From the IMG/VR virus record IMGVR_UViG_3300029288_003518, positions 32,001 to 96,000 of that record: DNA of 64,000 nt; one strand, given 5' to 3'. Below, piece after piece: positions 1-9,195 of this stretch (position 1 is the stretch's first letter; each line of letters starts with the position of its first letter). The translations under genes were made by a program, and so were the position numbers. This DNA is from a virus (taxonomy: Duplodnaviria; Caudoviricetes). The notes below the pieces were generated by a model. The model made no database searches, was not told the origin of the DNA, and saw only the letters and a list, made by a program, of their open reading frames with translations.

Positions 1-486
1 ACCGCATTTTCTATCACCTGTACCACCTTCTTGCTTCATATTAAGATCATGCACGCCTATAATTCCACCAGTTCTCACTAACGGAGAATACATTTTATAG
101 TCTAGATCACATCCACCGTAGGTGTGGTCTCCGTCGATGAATAATACGTCTATAGGTTTACCACCTAACTCGCTAACAAGCCTATCCCTTGTGGACTTAA
201 GATGGCTATCCCCATCAATAAGCCTTACGGAGCACTCCGCAGAATTAAGGTCCCAACCAAACTTTTTCCAAATACACCAATCCATGTCTATTCCAACAAC
301 TAAACCATCACTACTTGTAATTAGAGTACTAAGTATTTTAAGAGTTCCTCCAGCATAAACTCCTATCTCAACAATAACCTTGGGATTAATTCTCCTGCAG
401 GTTTCCCAAAACCAAGTTATTTCTTTATAATCTTGACTAGAATTATATCTACATTTTAAATCCAATATAACTTCTTCTTGAGTCAT
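1..486 (-). CDS. Class I SAM-dependent methyltransferase (Methyltransf_24-like), truncated at the window edge
   Basis: Not in the ORF track. Manual translation from ATG at 486 gives MTQEEVILD...KVIVEIGVYAGGT...VVGID...DVLFIDGDHTYGGCDLDY...LVRTGGIIGVHD, the typical EIG/FIDGDH/GG-HD motifs. Purine-rich RBS upstream; the frame stays open to position 1. Confidence 0.85.
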   Translation of the reverse strand, partial: MTQEEVILDLKCRYNSSQDYKEITWFWETCRRINPKVIVEIGVYAGGTLKILSTLITSSDGLVVGIDMDWCIWKKFGWDLNSAECSVRLIDGDSHLKSTRDRLVSELGGKPIDVLFIDGDHTYGGCDLDYKMYSPLVRTGGIIGVHDLNMKQEGGTGDRKCG

Positions 487-499
487 TACCCCTCCCCCG

Positions 500-1393
500 C
501 TATGCATGCAATACTACAGGTTTCCTATTAGCATCATATTCCACATCCTTATTACTAAGTCCGGATATATTTTCTTCCGGATGCAGAAACATAAAGTAAG
601 ACACAAACCAAGACCGGGCCTCGGGATTCTCATCTTCTTTATGTTCAATAAACCATTGTTTGAACGAGGAATATATATTTCCTTTTTGCATATATTCCAA
701 AAATTGATAAAAGTATACAAATCCAGCGTCAGAGGCCATCTTCTTAAAGACTAGCCAGTTTGGATCATCATTCCTATTATTGGCAACAGCACAGGTGGTC
801 CAGTAGTTCCTACATGCTCTAATAAACTGGTCTGCCCAAGGCTTAATGTGGTAATACTGATATTCAGTTTTCATACATCTATCTTTTGCCCCAGGGCGGT
901 AAAGAGCAACGTGGGTATGCCCGGTATATTTCATCCCGGGGGTAGATTTAAAGTATAGTCTATTATAATAGTTGGATAATGAATCATAGATACCACCCTC
1001 AAGATCTGTCTGTATATCGTGCGCTCTAAAAGCAACACCATCGCACCCGTGGTCCTCTGCTTCCTTAGCCAAATATCTTAGCTTAAAGAGGGCTGGTGTC
1101 TCAAGTAATTCATCACAGTCCAGAACCAGCGCCCACCCACCATTAACAAGATCAAGATATTTATTGCGCTGCTCTGGGGGGTTATCTTTCCAGGGATGAA
1201 CATAGCACTCAACCTTAAGATCCTTACACTCCTGAGAATTGAAGAACTCTACCGAACCATCGGTAGAGCCCCCATCTATAATTATTGTCCTGTCTACATG
1301 AGGGCAGTGATTTCTTACCCAGATCCTGCTCTCGTCCAGCCTATTGAATGAGACCATACAGAGGGTTACTTTGATATTAGGTTGTGCCCCCAT
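500..1393 (-). CDS. GT2-family glycosyltransferase
   Basis: IIIDGGSTDGS motif, DxD-type LDCDE, and an H-I-K late motif typical of GT-A fold enzymes. Confidence 0.85.
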   Translation of the reverse strand: MGAQPNIKVTLCMVSFNRLDESRIWVRNHCPHVDRTIIIDGGSTDGSVEFFNSQECKDLKVECYVHPWKDNPPEQRNKYLDLVNGGWALVLDCDELLETPALFKLRYLAKEAEDHGCDGVAFRAHDIQTDLEGGIYDSLSNYYNRLYFKSTPGMKYTGHTHVALYRPGAKDRCMKTEYQYYHIKPWADQFIRACRNYWTTCAVANNRNDDPNWLVFKKMASDAGFVYFYQFLEYMQKGNIYSSFKQWFIEHKEDENPEARSWFVSYFMFLHPEENISGLSNKDVEYDANRKPVVLHA

Positions 1394-2575
1394 TTATACC
1401 TTTCTAGATAAAATATACTCTTTTATCTTTCCGGCCATATACAAAAGATCATCGTTGTTTAGCCCTTGCCAGACACCAATAAACAATGAATCTCTCATCA
1501 GTTTATCTGCCACGGGATAGTCTTTCTCATATTGTTTAAATGGTGTATGTCTAGTTATGTTACCAGCAAAGAAAGGCCTTGTCCTTATGTTATTGGCTTC
1601 GAGGTATTCACTAAACTCATTCCTATTCATTCTGGTATCTTTGAATGTTAATATCAATCCAAACCAGCTGGGCTTAGCGTGATTCACTATCTTGATATCA
1701 ATGAAATGATTTTGTACTGGCTTAAGAGCCTTCTTGAGGAAGTTATAGTTTTCTATCCTTCTCTTAGAAAAACCATCTAATTTCTTAAGCTGTTCTCTCC
1801 CGAAGGCCGCATTAGCTTCCGGTAATTTCATATTAAACCCAAGAGTTTGATAAGTGTAATGCTTGTAATACTTTACTCCACCAATCTCTCCGGAGTATTT
1901 TGTCTTATTGTCTCCAAGGTATTGATCATCCCAATTATGGATCTTACCCCAATCTCTAAGTGATCTTAGCTCTAGCGCCAGGTCCTTGTCGTTAGTTGTT
2001 ATCATCCCACCACCGCCAAGAGCAGTAATCTGATGGGCTGGATAGAAAGAGAAAGTTCCCAGCTTACCAAAACTTCCTACGTACTTAGTACCGATTTTTG
2101 ATCCAACTGCTTCGCAGCAGTCTTCTATAATAGCTACCCCAAGTTTATCAGCTTTAGCCATAATTCTGTTCATATCCACAGGACTCCCCATCGTATGCGC
2201 AAAAATAGCAGCCTTAACATTTGGGAGCTGATCAATAACCATATCTACATTTATGTTATGCGTGTTAATATCATAATCTACCAGCACTGGTTCAAGACCG
2301 CAATGAAGTATTGGCGCAAGAGTTGCGGGAAAGCCACAGGAGCTAGATAGAACCTTACTTCCTTTTGGAAGATTAAGGGCCTTTAAAGATAAGAGATTCG
2401 CGCTACTCCCAGAGTTTACACATATCGCATATTTAGTTCCAATAAACTTAGCAAACTCCTTCTCAAATTCTTCATTCTCATTTCCACTGGCGAGCCAGTA
2501 ACCGCTCATAATCCTATTTACTGCAGCAATCTCTTCTTTACCAAAGTCTACTTTAGCAAAATCTAACATTCTCAT
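1394..2575 (-). CDS. DegT/DnrJ-fold PLP/PMP enzyme with His at the Schiff-base position (RfbH/DdhC- or ColD-like sugar 3-dehydratase)
   Basis: VNSGSSANLL, IIEDCCEA, FSFYPAHQITALGGGG (H instead of K), LRDWG, YTYQTLGFNMK and TRPFFAGNI. Confidence 0.85.
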   Translation of the reverse strand: MRMLDFAKVDFGKEEIAAVNRIMSGYWLASGNENEEFEKEFAKFIGTKYAICVNSGSSANLLSLKALNLPKGSKVLSSSCGFPATLAPILHCGLEPVLVDYDINTHNINVDMVIDQLPNVKAAIFAHTMGSPVDMNRIMAKADKLGVAIIEDCCEAVGSKIGTKYVGSFGKLGTFSFYPAHQITALGGGGMITTNDKDLALELRSLRDWGKIHNWDDQYLGDNKTKYSGEIGGVKYYKHYTYQTLGFNMKLPEANAAFGREQLKKLDGFSKRRIENYNFLKKALKPVQNHFIDIKIVNHAKPSWFGLILTFKDTRMNRNEFSEYLEANNIRTRPFFAGNITRHTPFKQYEKDYPVADKLMRDSLFIGVWQGLNNDDLLYMAGKIKEYILSRKV

Positions 2576-2602
2576 ATTTCTAATCTCCCTTTCATAAAGT
2601 TA

Positions 2603-2998
2603 TTATACAAATCCTCTTATCTTAGCTGGAACACCAAAAGCTATTACATTTGGAGGGATGTTCTCTTTTACAAAACTGAAGGCTCCCACTACCGAGTTCT
2701 CCCCCACGGTTACTCCAGGCATTACAACGGAATGGGTCCCTATCTTGCAGTTCTTCTTTAATACTACCGGACCATGAGTATTATCTATTGTTGAATTCGA
2801 ATAGATAGAACAATGTGAACCAATCTGGACATAGTCCTCAATTGTAACCCCATAACTGGCATTGATATACGTAAACTGTCCAATGTCTATCTTAGTTCCT
2901 AACTTAAAATTCTTCTTATATTGGATTATCCAGTTATATTTATTGGGACGGTTTTCTGTAAGTGGAGGTTTCTCCCAGTGCTTAAATCTTTCTTCCAT
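2603..2998 (-). CDS. Hexapeptide-repeat (LbH) sugar O/N-acetyltransferase
   Basis: [LIV]-G-x4 hexapeptide repeats (IGQFTY, IGSHCS, IGTHSVVMPGVTVGENSVVGAFSFV) and a C-terminal GVPAK. Confidence 0.9.
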   Translation of the reverse strand: MEERFKHWEKPPLTENRPNKYNWIIQYKKNFKLGTKIDIGQFTYINASYGVTIEDYVQIGSHCSIYSNSTIDNTHGPVVLKKNCKIGTHSVVMPGVTVGENSVVGAFSFVKENIPPNVIAFGVPAKIRGFV

Positions 2999-4079
2999 AG
3001 AACTCCTTCACTTTATCCACTACGTACTGTCTCTCTTCTCCCGTAATCTGATCATAACACGGAAGATTAAGACACGTGTTGGATAATTTCTCTGACATAT
3101 CTACCTTATGTATTATCCCCTCAAAGTTTGTGTATTCATGAACGGCGGGATAAAAATAAGTCTTCATACCTATTCCACTATCTTCCATAAACTTCTTTAA
3201 TCTATTTCTAACCTTCTTATCGCTCACCCAGAAACCAAAATCCTTACGCGATGTATTACACCTGGGATCTATCTTCTGGAATCTTATTGGAAGGCCTTCC
3301 AGATTCTCCATATAGAATTTAGCCAAACTGTTTCTTTTATCCCGGAAGTCATTTAACATTTTCATTCCGTGAATTGCGAGTATAGAATTGATCTCTCCTA
3401 TTTTTGCATTAAGACCTTTCTGTACACAATCTAAATTACCAAACACATTGCCATGGATCCTCCCCATCTCTACCAACCTTCCTAGATGGTCATTATTCGT
3501 AGCAACAATTCCCCCCTCACCACAGGCCAATGGTTTTGTGACTGCTATACTGAATGCCACGGCTGATCCCAAATCGCCTATCGGATGTTTATCATATTCC
3601 GTTGACATTCCATGGGCCGCATCATAAATTAATCTGACTCCGTGCTTTCTGCATATATCCCCAATTTGCTCAACATAAGTACAATTACCCCAGAGAGTAA
3701 CGGGGATAACACACTTGCTATCAGGATGTTTTGTGAGACAATCATCTAACGCCTCCGGATCTAAATAACCACTTTCGTCTACATCTGTCAACACTATCCT
3801 TAAGTTATTCCACTCAGCAGCCTGAGAAGTTGCTCTAAATGTATATGATGGCATTATGACTTTTGAACCGGCGGGCAGATCACAGAGCAGTAGGATTAAA
3901 GCATTAGAACAGTTATTAACTGCAAGAGCATACTTAGTATTGAAATGGACTCGCATCATTTCTTCCAACCTGAGGGTGTACTTTCCTGGGTATAGTATTC
4001 CCTGACGGTACGTATCTTCAATATCATCACTAACTACATCCCAATCGGGCATCCCTGGCTTAAAAAATTTAATTTCCAT
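2982..4079 (-). CDS. DegT/DnrJ/EryC1/StrS sugar aminotransferase
   Basis: IYDAAHG, FSIAVTKPLACGEGG (catalytic Lys present), GLNAKI and C-terminal LNLPCY. Confidence 0.9.
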   Translation of the reverse strand: MEIKFFKPGMPDWDVVSDDIEDTYRQGILYPGKYTLRLEEMMRVHFNTKYALAVNNCSNALILLLCDLPAGSKVIMPSYTFRATSQAAEWNNLRIVLTDVDESGYLDPEALDDCLTKHPDSKCVIPVTLWGNCTYVEQIGDICRKHGVRLIYDAAHGMSTEYDKHPIGDLGSAVAFSIAVTKPLACGEGGIVATNNDHLGRLVEMGRIHGNVFGNLDCVQKGLNAKIGEINSILAIHGMKMLNDFRDKRNSLAKFYMENLEGLPIRFQKIDPRCNTSRKDFGFWVSDKKVRNRLKKFMEDSGIGMKTYFYPAVHEYTNFEGIIHKVDMSEKLSNTCLNLPCYDQITGEERQYVVDKVKEFYGRKI

Positions 4080-4104
4080 ATTTCATCTTCCTCCCATACT
4101 ATAT

Positions 4105-4133
4105 ATTATAACACAAAATGTACTATTTTTCAA
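4105..4133 (-). promoter_or_regulatory. sigma70-like promoter, TTGAAA-N17-TATAAT with extended -10 TG
   Basis: Minus strand reads ttgaaa aatagtacattttgtgt tataat, followed by a GGGAGG RBS and the aminotransferase start. Confidence 0.75.
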
Positions 4134-4869
4134 CCCGGAGTTTCATTGTTATAGGATGGGTTCCTATGAATGTTCCAAGGTTTTTTAAGTCGATATGATC
4201 AATAGCGGTATTCTTTATTTCCTTACCCTCATAAAAGCTATGCATCCTATTCTGTTTCTTCAAGTAAGCTGCATCACTTCTAATGTGTCCGTAATGAAAC
4301 ACGCTTATATTAAGATGCACCAAATCCTCTTGTTTCAAGGGAATACCATATCTATCTACATGAGCATCTATATCCATTCCCGAGTTACTATGATGTATCC
4401 CCAGTCCATTCCTAACCATATACACTTTATTAGTATAGAGGTCCTTCCAGGATTTACTGCCATTCAAGATGTGTTTATAGTCACCGTAGAAATGGAGAGT
4501 ATTGAACTTTACCCCGACAACATGATCGGATACGGAGTATGGTATTTTCTTTATCTTATCATAATCCAACTCATGGAAGACTTCATCTGCGTCCATTAAT
4601 ACACACCAATCTTTAGTGCATCTACCTATGGCCATTGATTTTGCTATCTTATACATTGCCCACCCTATATTGGGTAGCCAGTCTATCTCATATATTTTAA
4701 TCCGCGGATCATTAATAGACTTTATGGCTTCAACAGTCCCATCGTTACTATGGCTGTCAACCACTATTACTTCGTCCGCAAAACCAAGAGCAGATTTTAT
4801 TCCCTCTACGACACAGTATTCCTGATCTATGGCATTATAGGTTGTTGTATAGACGGAGATAGTACTCAT
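4123..4869 (-). CDS. GT2-family glycosyltransferase
   Basis: ISVYTTTYN, DEVIVVDSHSNDGT, LMDADE and FHYGH. Confidence 0.9.
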   Translation of the reverse strand: MSTISVYTTTYNAIDQEYCVVEGIKSALGFADEVIVVDSHSNDGTVEAIKSINDPRIKIYEIDWLPNIGWAMYKIAKSMAIGRCTKDWCVLMDADEVFHELDYDKIKKIPYSVSDHVVGVKFNTLHFYGDYKHILNGSKSWKDLYTNKVYMVRNGLGIHHSNSGMDIDAHVDRYGIPLKQEDLVHLNISVFHYGHIRSDAAYLKKQNRMHSFYEGKEIKNTAIDHIDLKNLGTFIGTHPITMKLRVEK

Positions 4870-5582
4870 CTTATTATAAATTTCTCCTCACTAAGCATTG
4901 GATATTTATCTTCAAAATTCTTCTTTGTTTGTGCCCCGGGTTCACCCATCTCGTGCTTATACTTAAGTTCATATAAAAGGTATCCCTTATTTCTATCTAT
5001 ATGTCTCTGTAGTCCCTTAGAATGTATTATATAATTACCCTCTTCCTCGGGCAGCTTCTTACACTTTTTATACCCAACCACCTCTCCGTGGACGGGCCTT
5101 ATCCTCCTGCAATACGACCTATAAAGCCGTTCCTGATAATCGGTAGGTCCGGAACCCTGCAGCATCCCATCAATAAAGTTCTTCCGAGGGAATGCCCAAC
5201 AATCAACTTCCTCTTGATCAATCATATTATTAAGATTCTCTAGGACCGGTTTCTCTAATCTCTCATCGCAATCCATCAGGAGAATCCAATCTGTCTCAGC
5301 CATCTCTACAGCCCTATTTGCCTGGTTAGAATAGTGGCCATCAAACTTTCTTATCCGGATCCTATCAGCAATCGGGGTAGCCAGCTCAACTGTCCTATCA
5401 GAACTGCCCCCATCTATAACAACAATACTCTTAACATATGGCTTGTAGTATTCCAGGAAGTCTTTAATATATTTCTCCTCATTTAGTATTACCGAACACA
5501 GAGTAATACCGTGATATTCATCGTAGCTTCTGATTGGTATTATTATGTCAAAAGCTTCTGTGGTAAAAAGACCGTTCTTCAT
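4866..5582 (-). CDS. GT2-family glycosyltransferase
   Basis: LNEEKYI, VVIDGGSSDRT, WILLMDCDE, FPRKNF, PVHGE and IIHSK. Confidence 0.9.
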   Translation of the reverse strand: MKNGLFTTEAFDIIIPIRSYDEYHGITLCSVILNEEKYIKDFLEYYKPYVKSIVVIDGGSSDRTVELATPIADRIRIRKFDGHYSNQANRAVEMAETDWILLMDCDERLEKPVLENLNNMIDQEEVDCWAFPRKNFIDGMLQGSGPTDYQERLYRSYCRRIRPVHGEVVGYKKCKKLPEEEGNYIIHSKGLQRHIDRNKGYLLYELKYKHEMGEPGAQTKKNFEDKYPMLSEEKFIIR

Positions 5583-6740
5583 CTATTTCCCCTTGGCTTT
5601 AAGTTCAGAGTCTATTTCTAATAACCTTTTATATATTTTACCAGCTGTGGTATCCCAGGTGAATTTGGCTCCTATGTCAGCAACAGCCTTACGAGCCAAC
5701 ACGTCTGCTTTTTCCTTATTGTCATATACCCACCGCATCTGTTTTGAAAGCTCCACCTCATCAATATCGAACCATCCCTGGCCTGCATATTGAGGTTGGT
5801 ATCTAAGGAACATCGGATCAGCTATTGGAACTACCTTACCATCAACCAACACAGAGTTAGTCTCATCCATAAACTCCCTATTTCCGCCCCATTTAGGGCC
5901 TATTGTGGGGACTCCACAAGCCATAGCCTCAAGGAAAGGGAGTCCGAAACCCTCTCCTCTGGTAGGAAGAACAAAACAATCAAAAGACTTGAAGAAATGA
6001 GGCATAGTCTGTTCGTCCATAGTATCAAACCAAAACAGGATCCTTGGAAAATCTTTTCTCCCAGAGTAACCATCCTTGATCTGCTGTATTTCTGATCTGA
6101 CATATTCAGCAGTTTTCTCCAATGGGAATCTCCAGAAAGTACGTATAGTCAGCGTTACATCCTCCCCACTAAAAAAAGAGTTGTAATATGCCCTAATAAG
6201 CGCTACTGGATTCTTTCGCTCTGTCCAATCAAATACAGATCCAAAATTAAACTTACCCCTATTATAGTCCAGCGGTTTGATCTCTGGATTATATCTATCA
6301 ACATTAATCCCGTGGGGGATTACGGTGATTACTTTATCTCTTAGTCCAGCGCGGATATAAGCCGCCTTATTATGCTCGGATGGAACCCATACTTCATCCA
6401 TAGCCTTTAAGGGAAGAAGCCAGGGCATCGGTAGGCCATCAGTTTCAAACGGAGTATAACAAATGTGATATCTAGCCCTGGGATCTATAAAGAAATTCTC
6501 CGGAGTGAGATGATGGAGAAAAATGAAACTATTCTCGGGAATTGGATTTCTCTCTAGACTATGAAGGATATCCCCATCCTCCCTAAGGTCAGGAGAAGCT
6601 CCCGCCCAAAATTTCTTGGTCCTTAACCTTATATTAAGTCCTTTAATCTTCGCTAGCTTTAGTAAGTGGTTCCTGGCCACTGTCCCATATCCAGAAAGAT
6701 CAAACGGACAGCTGTGGTATAATAAATTTATTTCTTCCAT
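5583..6740 (-). CDS. GT4-family (GT-B) glycosyltransferase
   Basis: SGYG N-terminal motif, ERKN, and FVLPTRGEGFGLPFLEAMACG (EX7E). Confidence 0.92.
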   Translation of the reverse strand: MEEINLLYHSCPFDLSGYGTVARNHLLKLAKIKGLNIRLRTKKFWAGASPDLREDGDILHSLERNPIPENSFIFLHHLTPENFFIDPRARYHICYTPFETDGLPMPWLLPLKAMDEVWVPSEHNKAAYIRAGLRDKVITVIPHGINVDRYNPEIKPLDYNRGKFNFGSVFDWTERKNPVALIRAYYNSFFSGEDVTLTIRTFWRFPLEKTAEYVRSEIQQIKDGYSGRKDFPRILFWFDTMDEQTMPHFFKSFDCFVLPTRGEGFGLPFLEAMACGVPTIGPKWGGNREFMDETNSVLVDGKVVPIADPMFLRYQPQYAGQGWFDIDEVELSKQMRWVYDNKEKADVLARKAVADIGAKFTWDTTAGKIYKRLLEIDSELKAKGK

Positions 6741-8104
6741 TACATTCCCTCCAGGTTATATTTTGCATCCGCAGGAGCAACATTATCAGGAACCTGTCCA
6801 TCAGGGAATAATACCTCATCTATTAATTTCTCCCACTGCGCACATGTTCCCTTCCAGTCCATCGTCTTAGCTATTTCTCTCCCAGCAAGACCACACTTGG
6901 TCCTGAGTTCCGGATCATCAATCATCCCCAGAAGGCATGTTACATATAAATCAATATCTATGATTGCCCTTCTTATGTTAGTCATTGGTTCAGACTCTAA
7001 AACAACCGGGGGTACTAATAACCCACCCCTACCCACCCACTCAGTATGAGCAGAATAGTCTGTTACAACCACTGGTATCCCGGCAGACATAGCTTCTAAA
7101 ATTGGCAGTCCAAAGCCCTCTCCCCTTGTGGGAAGGGTAAATATATCAAACGCATTATACACTCCATTGAGAGTGTACTCGGACACTCCGGAGCCTATTT
7201 TAAGCTTTGGATTTACAAGAACCTTGCCAACTAAATTGTAATCCTTTTGTAAGTCAAGCAGATCCCAACCGCAATCAACAATAGCTGAATGAAGATATAG
7301 CCTTACATCGTCTCGCGGTTCACCTTTCTTCACATCTGTGCAACCACAGTGACGGCATATATTTACTGGATATAGTTCTTTTCTTACGAGATTAAAAGGG
7401 TAAACTGTAACCTTATTACACTTTTTACACCGTACATACATACCATTGAGTATATAGAAGTATGCTTCAAATAACTTATCAAAGGCCTTCCTTGGCTGGT
7501 TTCTAGCCACAACCCCAAGTACCTTTGTTTTATCATCTGTTATCCCCAGCATGCTTTTCCTTGCCTCTAGACGTTCCTCTTTTGATACCGGTTTAAAAAC
7601 CTCGGAATCAACACCGTGATATATATACTTAAGGTTCGCTTTTGGAGCGCGCTGCTTAATTACTTCCATGCCATATTTCCCATAAGCAACTGCCACGTCC
7701 ATATCCTCAACAGTGGCTCCCCATTTAGATGGAGACGGATGCCCGTCGATGGGGAAATAAGCAACCCATTTAAATGTTTTCCTACTGGGAACAGTAGCCA
7801 CATGGTCTACCATCCACATATCACCGAGAGTCCAAACCATATCAGGTTTAAACTTTTCAATATACATAGGAAGAGATTTGTGAGCATACTTATCTTCCTG
7901 AGTAGTTCGACCCTGGTTATCCTTCTCTGTTAAGAGAATGGGGTATGTAACTTCTTCATTTGTTTCCTGATGAAACCAACCAATGCAACGTATATCGTAC
8001 TTTCCGGTTCTATTTAAGTAAGTCCATATTTCTCTTCCGACCCCAGCAAAGCCAGTATGGAGCTTAGGAGAGTCCGTCATTACAAGTATTCTCTTGCGTT
8101 CCAT
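6740..8104 (-). CDS. GT4-family glycosyltransferase with an inserted CxxC...CxxC segment
   Basis: DSPKLHTGF, VARNQPRK and TLPTRGEGFGLPILEAMSAG; insert RCKKC...ICRHC. Confidence 0.92.
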   Translation of the reverse strand: MERKRILVMTDSPKLHTGFAGVGREIWTYLNRTGKYDIRCIGWFHQETNEEVTYPILLTEKDNQGRTTQEDKYAHKSLPMYIEKFKPDMVWTLGDMWMVDHVATVPSRKTFKWVAYFPIDGHPSPSKWGATVEDMDVAVAYGKYGMEVIKQRAPKANLKYIYHGVDSEVFKPVSKEERLEARKSMLGITDDKTKVLGVVARNQPRKAFDKLFEAYFYILNGMYVRCKKCNKVTVYPFNLVRKELYPVNICRHCGCTDVKKGEPRDDVRLYLHSAIVDCGWDLLDLQKDYNLVGKVLVNPKLKIGSGVSEYTLNGVYNAFDIFTLPTRGEGFGLPILEAMSAGIPVVVTDYSAHTEWVGRGGLLVPPVVLESEPMTNIRRAIIDIDLYVTCLLGMIDDPELRTKCGLAGREIAKTMDWKGTCAQWEKLIDEVLFPDGQVPDNVAPADAKYNLEGM

Positions 8105-8253
8105 TATTTATGCTTTCCTTTCTTCGCTAGTTTACTAAGTCTTTCTTTAATAAGGGCATCAATATCATCCTCTGATTTATCTTTCTTTATGACGGTCCCA
8201 TCATCCATAAGTACCGCTACTACTTTTCCGTGTTTATCCATTATATCCAACAT
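8104..8253 (-). CDS. Small hypothetical protein (49 aa)
   Basis: Manual translation MLDIMDKHGKVVAVLMDDGTVIKKDKSEDDIDALIKERLSKLAKKGKHK. GGAGG RBS; the stop overlaps the next ATG (TAATG). Confidence 0.7.
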   Translation of the reverse strand: MLDIMDKHGKVVAVLMDDGTVIKKDKSEDDIDALIKERLSKLAKKGKHK

Positions 8254-8254
8254 T

Positions 8255-8413
8255 TTATTTACCTCCTTGTTTCACTTCTCCTGCTTTATCCGGAACCTGA
8301 TTAGGATCCAACTTAACAGTCATACCATTCTTTAAAACAAAACAAATGTATTTGCCCTCAGTCCGAGTGCTAACTACATTGTCAGAAGTTATTAAATCTT
8401 TTGCTCCTAGCAT
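8255..8413 (-). CDS. Small hypothetical protein (52 aa)
   Basis: Manual translation MLGAKDLITSDNVVSTRTEGKYICFVLKNGMTVKLDPNQVPDKAGEVKQGGK. GGAGGTAGG RBS; it fills the gap in the operon. Confidence 0.7.
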   Translation of the reverse strand: MLGAKDLITSDNVVSTRTEGKYICFVLKNGMTVKLDPNQVPDKAGEVKQGGK

Positions 8414-9183
8414 TTACCTACCTCCCCATTAATACTCTTTTCATTTAAACAAAACAACTTATAAGGACAATCTCCACAGCTTATATTATTTGGAGATGGG
8501 TAGAAGACACCGTTCTTTATACCATTGCATATATTCCTTATAGCTTTTTCCGCCCTCAGGAAATCATTCCCGGTCCTGATCGTCGGAGTATCCTCTGAAC
8601 AGCTTATATTCTGAAGTGTAATCTTATCCTCTTGAGTCTTAAAGTTTGATCTAAAAGCATAAGAGGCTACGCTCATTCCCAAGTCGTTCTTGACCATGAA
8701 GGTATCCGGATAATTCTTCGACATGGAAAACATAGTGATACAGGTTTCACTCTTATGAGTCCTATCATTCAGTATCTTAATTAAATCAATATCCCCAGTA
8801 ACGTGAAGATGTTCCTTTCCCTCGAAGATAGCCTCGTATTGGAAATTAACAGCAATCGGGGTTATTGGCTCATCAGAGAACCTTTTGAAGAACGTGTTCA
8901 TAAGTATTGCCGCTTCATTTGATTTCTTCTTTAACTCTTCCTCTGAAAATAAGTCGAGCATCTCCCTGCTAAACCAAAGTTCTTCCCATCTCTTCATCAT
9001 TAGTTCAAACGACTTCTTTTTCTTATCCAGTAAAGAGAAATAGTAGAAATAAAGGGCCAGTTTGAAATAATCTTTGAAGTAAGAATTTATTGATTTATCA
9101 AAAGGTATCTCATCTAAATTCTTAAGTTTGTAATACAGGGGACACTTAATATAGTCCTTAATCTCTTTGATGCTGATTCTCAC
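8407..9183 (-). CDS. PD-(D/E)XK (Cas4/AddB-like) fold protein with 4-Cys cluster; catalytic motif degenerate
   Basis: N-terminal YIKCP and C-terminal FYPSPNNISCGDCPYKLFC. Motif II VTGDIDLI is present, but CITMFS lies where D/E-x-K is expected. Confidence 0.75.
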   Translation of the reverse strand: MRISIKEIKDYIKCPLYYKLKNLDEIPFDKSINSYFKDYFKLALYFYYFSLLDKKKKSFELMMKRWEELWFSREMLDLFSEEELKKKSNEAAILMNTFFKRFSDEPITPIAVNFQYEAIFEGKEHLHVTGDIDLIKILNDRTHKSETCITMFSMSKNYPDTFMVKNDLGMSVASYAFRSNFKTQEDKITLQNISCSEDTPTIRTGNDFLRAEKAIRNICNGIKNGVFYPSPNNISCGDCPYKLFCLNEKSINGEVGKC

Positions 9184-9195
9184 GTATTCCCTCCC

